From Macrostomum hystrix (Eukaryota; Animalia; Platyhelminthes), in assembly GCA_950097015.1 (NCBI GenBank), contig CATNEN010000012.1, positions 3,410,001 through 3,474,000 of the forward strand: a stretch of DNA of 64,000 nt. The letters run 5' to 3'. The notes below the pieces were generated by a model. The model ran no database searches, was not told the DNA's origin, and saw only the letters and a list, made by a program, of their open reading frames with translations. Each line of letters begins with the position of its first letter. The first letter of the stretch is position 1. Shown in pieces: positions 58,810 through 64,000 of this stretch. Made by a program: the position numbers and the translations under genes.

Positions 58810-60694
58810 GTTTCTTTAAGAAAAATGTTATGTTATGAGAGTCCTGAAAATTAATATTTTAACAAATTATGCTAGACACAGACTGTATCAAGAAATTTTA
58901 TATATCAGCAGTTGTTTCTTATAGTATCGAAGACAAAGTCAAAAGTATAAAATGAAGTATATATTATATAATTGCAGATGTGTATGAATAATGATTAAAT
59001 CTCTCAGCTTGCAGACCACCAATGTAAAATAACACTAAGTATTTCTCTATACAACCACTGTGTGTAGAAAAATATGAAAATAATTTCTTGAAACTTGATA
59101 TACTAACAAATTTATTTCAATGTAAGTCTGGAAAGGGGAGCTTTAGTTAGGTGGACCTATAATCAAGAAATAAAAAACGAATAATTGCTATCTGTTCTTT
59201 AGACGCAAACACAGGATGGTTTCGTTGCAAAAAATTCAGCACAGTAAAGAAAGAATAATAGAACACTTATTGTGAAATTAACGCTTGCGTGCAACAAAAT
59301 TAAATTTGCTCCAAAAAGATAAATAAAGAGCAACTGTTTAAACAAAGTCATAAAAAGCAACTCGTGTTGTCAGATAAGCTGCGATAAAACCGAAAGCTTT
59401 TGAAAAAGTGGATTTTTATGCTTATGAACCTTCCATCATATTCTCATAGTCTTATTTTTTGTGGTTGAAGATCCATCCCTTATTGGAGGAATAGTTAAAG
59501 ATCTCCTTTGTTGAGGACCCTTGTATCGATGATTAAACTAAGAGCATTATACTTACATGCGTATATTTTTTACTCGTGTCTTTAAATTTGTTTCAGTTAA
59601 GACTATTTTTACAGTTATAAGTGCTAAATTACAAAGAGAAATTAAACATTAAGTGCATATCTTAACTGTTTTATTCCTTATACAGCTAATGGACTGCAGA
59701 CATTTGCAGCCGAACCAAAAGCAGCAACAAAAATAAGCACTGCATATTTATTTTTACCATTAAAGATACAGCAAAAAAAGTTGTACAAACTTTCACCAAA
59801 ATAGCGCTTAGATTTGACGAAGTTTTGTTGAATAAAAATCCGGATAGAAACGAGGAAATTGGGATTCGTACAGTAGTTCATTTTGGCATCCAAAATACTT
59901 CCAAAATCCAAAATTTGTGACAATAAAATATTACGTTTCTTACTACTTGGTGAGCTATAACAAAGCTTTTTTACTAGTCAAGTTATACAGTATAGGGCCA
60001 ATAAACAAGCTTAATATAAATATCGCCTTGCTGTAAAACTTTCACAAGCCCACTTTCGAGAGAAAACAAATAATCGAAAATATTACCATAAGCGAAATCT
60101 AAACCGCTATCAAACACAAAACAAAGGGAAAGCCAAAGACCTTTAAAATCTCGAGAATTATACACTGTATATAAGAAATTATATATGGCCAGAAGGCACA
60201 ATAGCAGAGAAAAAGCCAAAATTAAGAAACACTTTATCGTAACGCGGCAATAAACATTCAACTCGCAATAATGCTCTGCACAAAAACACAAGTTGTTTTG
60301 AGCTATGAAGCGCAGGTAAACATGTACGTAAATTAGCTTAAATTAACACATCAGACAAGCAATGGGCTTCGTTAAAAACTGTGATAAAATCTATAGAAGC
60401 AGAGAATAAAGAAGCCTGCTACATTATTCTTAAAAGTAGGCTCACAATAGCGGAACCCAAAGCTCAGAAGTTGCACATTTGCAACGCAACAAAAGTTAAG
60501 AAACGAAGGCCAAAACGAATAACGCCTAGAAAATGATAAAAAGCGATACAACTGCCCAGCCGAGTAGAACCAGCTGCTTGAAAGTCTAGAAAGAGACATA
60601 AGCGCTCCTTAGCAACCGTAAATATTATAAGGAAGCAATGCTTAAATAATGACGAGCACAAGTTTGCTTAATAAAACGGCATAAGGAACAAATC

Positions 60695-61200
60695 ACCGAT
60701 CTCCTGCCTGTCTACACTGCCGTAAATTATCGACCTCCCGCCTGTCTACACTGTCTATAATCATCGACCTCCTGTCTGTCTACACTGTCTATAATCATCG
60801 ACCTCCTGTCTGTCTACACTGTCTATAATAATCGACCTCCTGTCTGTCTACACTGTCTATAATCATCGACCTCCTGTCTGTCTACACTGTCTATAATCAT
60901 CGACCTCCTGTCTGTCTACACTGTCTATAATCATCGACCTCCTGTCTGTCTACACTGTCTATAATCATCGACCTCCTGTCTGTCTACACTGTCTATAATC
61001 ATCGACCTTCTGCCTGTCTACACTGTCTATAATCATCGACCTCCTGCCTGTCTACAAACTCTATAATCATCGACTTCCCGCCTGTCTCCAAACTCTATAA
61101 TCATCGACTTCCCGCCTGTCTAAACTGTCTATAATCATCGACTCCTGCCTGTCTACAAACTCTATAATCATCGACCTCCCGCCAGTCTCCAAACTCTATA
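60695..61200. repeat. 34-bp minisatellite (ATCGACCTCCTGTCTGTCTACACTGTCTATAATC)
   Basis: About 14 units with decayed ends. Confidence 0.95.
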
Positions 61201-62066
61201 GTATATAGTCTTCACTGAAATTATGACGTCTGCCCTAACCACACGCCCGAACCCGGGCTTTTAATGCCTGGTTCTTCAGATCCCATCATATTCCATGTCT
61301 AGAATGAGACACAATTTTGGACATGTAGGAGTAAAACAACTTCAGAAAATACACGGCAGGGGCGACTGAGGAAACAGAAAAGAGAGGCAGATGAAGAGGA
61401 TAGAAATGCACAAGCCTAACCCTAGCCAGTTTGCCTGGCCCCAGATCCAGATTATAGAAAGCAGCGCGCGCACTGATCTCCTTGGAACCTAGGTCGCTCT
61501 TACCTCGCATATTTTAGTTAATGCAGTTTTACTTGTCTGTCAGCCAGTGCAATCCGACTGGGACAAAGATAAAGCACAACGTAACTATTCGTATGTGTCA
61601 GTTGTCTAGCTCGGGGGCACACACATACAGACGAGGCGAGAGCAGCATGTCCTTTATGAAAACTTTCTATAAGGAATTATTTCCAATTGAACCTCGCAAA
61701 AATAATGCATATTTTAATTAACACAATGTGCTGCTAAAGAGCTATTAATAGACAGCGAAGTAAAAATCTAGAAAATGTATGTATTCATAAATACATAAAT
61801 AATGAACTAGAACGAATTTAGATGGGGGTGAGGTGAAGCAATAAAAATAAACAAGTCGAATACACAGATAATTGTGTAAAAACAGACATGAACAACCGAA
61901 CTAATAAATATAAAAAACATTAGAATTGGCAGCTCAGCTTCTTTACAGGGGATTCCTGTGCTCAATTCTTGATCTCTCCAATGAAACAAAGCAATAGTTA
62001 GTATATAAAATACTCGAATCTGCTAAAATAACAGTCGATTTACAGCAGCATCAGCTGCTCATCTAT

Positions 62067-62156
62067 TTAAGATACGCTGCACTTCTTGTCATCCTTCACG
62101 TTGCCCATTGACTTCTCCACCTGAAGCAGGCAGCGCTCGAACACCGCGTCAACATT
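62067..62156 (-). CDS. RHEB: Last coding exon of a Rheb-like small GTPase (the rest lies beyond the window)
   Basis: Acceptor TTACCTGCAG|AAT, then NVDAVFERCLLQVEKSMGNVKDDKKCSVS*. This resembles the Rheb C-terminus (AVDVFRRIILEAEK...CSVM) and ends in a CaaX box. Only 29 aa are visible. Confidence 0.72.
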   Translation of the reverse strand, partial: NVDAVFERCLLQVEKSMGNVKDDKKCSVS

Positions 62157-62209
62157 CTGCAGGTAACGAAGTGGAGCAATTGTGTTAGGCCTACATGTAC
62201 TGCTGAAAC

Positions 62210-64000
62210 GCCTGATCACTACACACTGGATTATGAGCTGTGATGCCTGATCACTACACACTGGATTATCAGCTGTGATGCCTGATCACTACACACTGGA
62301 CTATGAGCTGTGATGCCTGATCACTACACACTGGATTATGAGCTGTGATGCCTGATCACTACACACTGGATTATCAGCTGTGATGCCTGATCACTACACA
62401 CTGGATTATCAGCTGTGATGCCTGATCACTACACACTGGATTATCAGCTGTGATGCCTGATCACTACACACTGGATTATGAGCTGTGATGCCTGATCACT
62501 ACACACTGGGTTATGAGCTGTGATGCCTGATCACTACACACTGGATTATGAGCTGTGATGCCTGATCACTACACACTGGATTATGAGCTGTGATGCCTGA
62601 TCACTACACACTGGATTATCAGCTGTGATGCCTGATCACTACACACTGGATTATCAGCTGTGATGCCTGATCACTACACACTGGATTATGAGCTGTGATG
62701 CCTGATCACTACACACTGGATTATGAGCTGTGATGCCTGATCACTACACACTGGATTATGAGCTGTGATGCCTGATCACTACACACTGGATTATGAGCTG
62801 TGATGCCTGATCACTACACACTGGATTATGAGCTGTGATGCCTGATCACTACACACTGGATTATCAGCTGTGATGCCTGATCACTACACACTGGACTATG
62901 AGCTGTGATGCCTGATCACTACACACTGGATTATGAGCTGTGATGCCTGATCACTACATACTGGATTATCAGCTGTGATGCCTGATCACTACACACTGGA
63001 TTATGAGCTGTGATGCCTGATCACTACACACTGGATTATCAGCTGTGATGCCTGATCACTGCACACTGGATTATGAGCTGTGATGCCTGATCACTACACA
63101 CTGGATTATGAGCTGTGATGCCTGATCACTGCACACTGGATTATGAGCTGTGATGCCTGATCACTACACACTGGATTATCAGCTGTGATGCCTGATCACT
63201 ACACACTGGACTATGAGCTGTGATGCCTGATCACTACACACTGGATTATCAGCTGTGATGCCTGATCACTACACACTGGATTATGAGCTGTGATGCCTGA
63301 TCACTACACACTGGATTATCAGCTGTGATGCCTGATCACTACACACTGGATTATGAGCTGTGATGCCTGATCACTACACACTGGATTATGAGCTGTGATG
63401 CCTGATCACTACACACTGGATTATGAGCTGTGATGCCTGATCACTACACACTGGATTATGAGCTGTGATGCCTGATCACTACACACTGGATTATCAGCTG
63501 TGATGCCTGATCACTACACACTGGACTATGAGCTGTGATGCCTGATCACTACACACTGGATTATGAGCTGTGATGCCTGATCACTACACACTGGATTATG
63601 AGCTGTGATGCCTGATCACTACACACTGGATTATGAGCTGTGATGCCTGATCACTACACACTGGATTATCAGCTGTGATGCCTGATCACTACACACTGGA
63701 TTATCAGCTGTGATGCCTGATCACTACACACTGGATTATCAGCTGTGATGCCTGATCACTACACACTGGATTATCAGCTGTGATGCCTGATCACTACACA
63801 CTGGATTATGAGCTGTGATGCCTGATCACTACACACTGGATTATGAGCTGTGATGCCTGATCACTACACACTGGATTATCAGCTGTGATGCCTGATCACT
63901 ACACACTGGATTATCAGCTGTGATGCCTGATCACTACACACTGGATTATCAGCTGTGATGCCTGATCACTACACACTGGACTATGAGCTGTGATGCCTGA
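62210..64000. repeat. 35-bp satellite (TGATCACTACACACTGGATTATGAGCTGTGATGCC), in the last intron of the Rheb-like gene, running off the window
   Basis: About 51 units, with ATG/ATC and ATT/ACT variants. Confidence 0.98.

Noticed and set aside
61286-61510. HNFGHVGVKQL segment resembling an integrase zinc-binding motif
   Set aside because: It is too short, is followed by a stop, and has no CxxC or catalytic core nearby.
46000-62156. Functional clustering of FBXO32 and Rheb (atrophy and mTOR pathway)
   Set aside because: Two neighbours separated by an unrelated gene are compatible with chance; no shared regulatory evidence.
62210-64000. 35-bp array (and the 34-bp arrays at 459 and 60695) as CRISPR-like arrays
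   Set aside because: Units are contiguous with no unique spacers, no cas genes are present, and the context is eukaryotic and intronic.

Overview
Eukaryotic (animal) genomic DNA. Exons are GC-rich with poly-Q/poly-A tracts, introns are GT-AG, and about 30% of the window (roughly 19-20 kb by my hand count) is tandem repeat. This style suggests a free-living flatworm such as Macrostomum; that is an inference, not proven. Seven complete spliced genes were rebuilt by hand with consistent reading frames: an unassigned neuropeptide-like precursor (-), TRAF4-like (+), GPR158/179-like class C GPCR (+), a secreted fibrinogen-domain protein with an unrecognised N-terminal domain (+), an ELF/E74 ETS factor (+), FBXO25/32 (+) and LRRC59 (-). 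The last exon of a Rheb-like GTPase (-) is also present. Mobile DNA includes two tRNA-derived SINE families (7 copies), an internally deleted Tc1/mariner element with intact TIRs, a TA duplication and DD38D spacing, and a frameshifted Ulp1-protease-PHD relic inside an LRRC59 intron. The most striking architecture is about 29 different tandem arrays. Each is seen only once in the window, many lie in introns close to splice sites, none enters coding sequence, and many are built on a small hairpin. All very long ORFs in the supplied track are satellite artefacts. No CRISPR array, rRNA or intact tRNA gene is supported.
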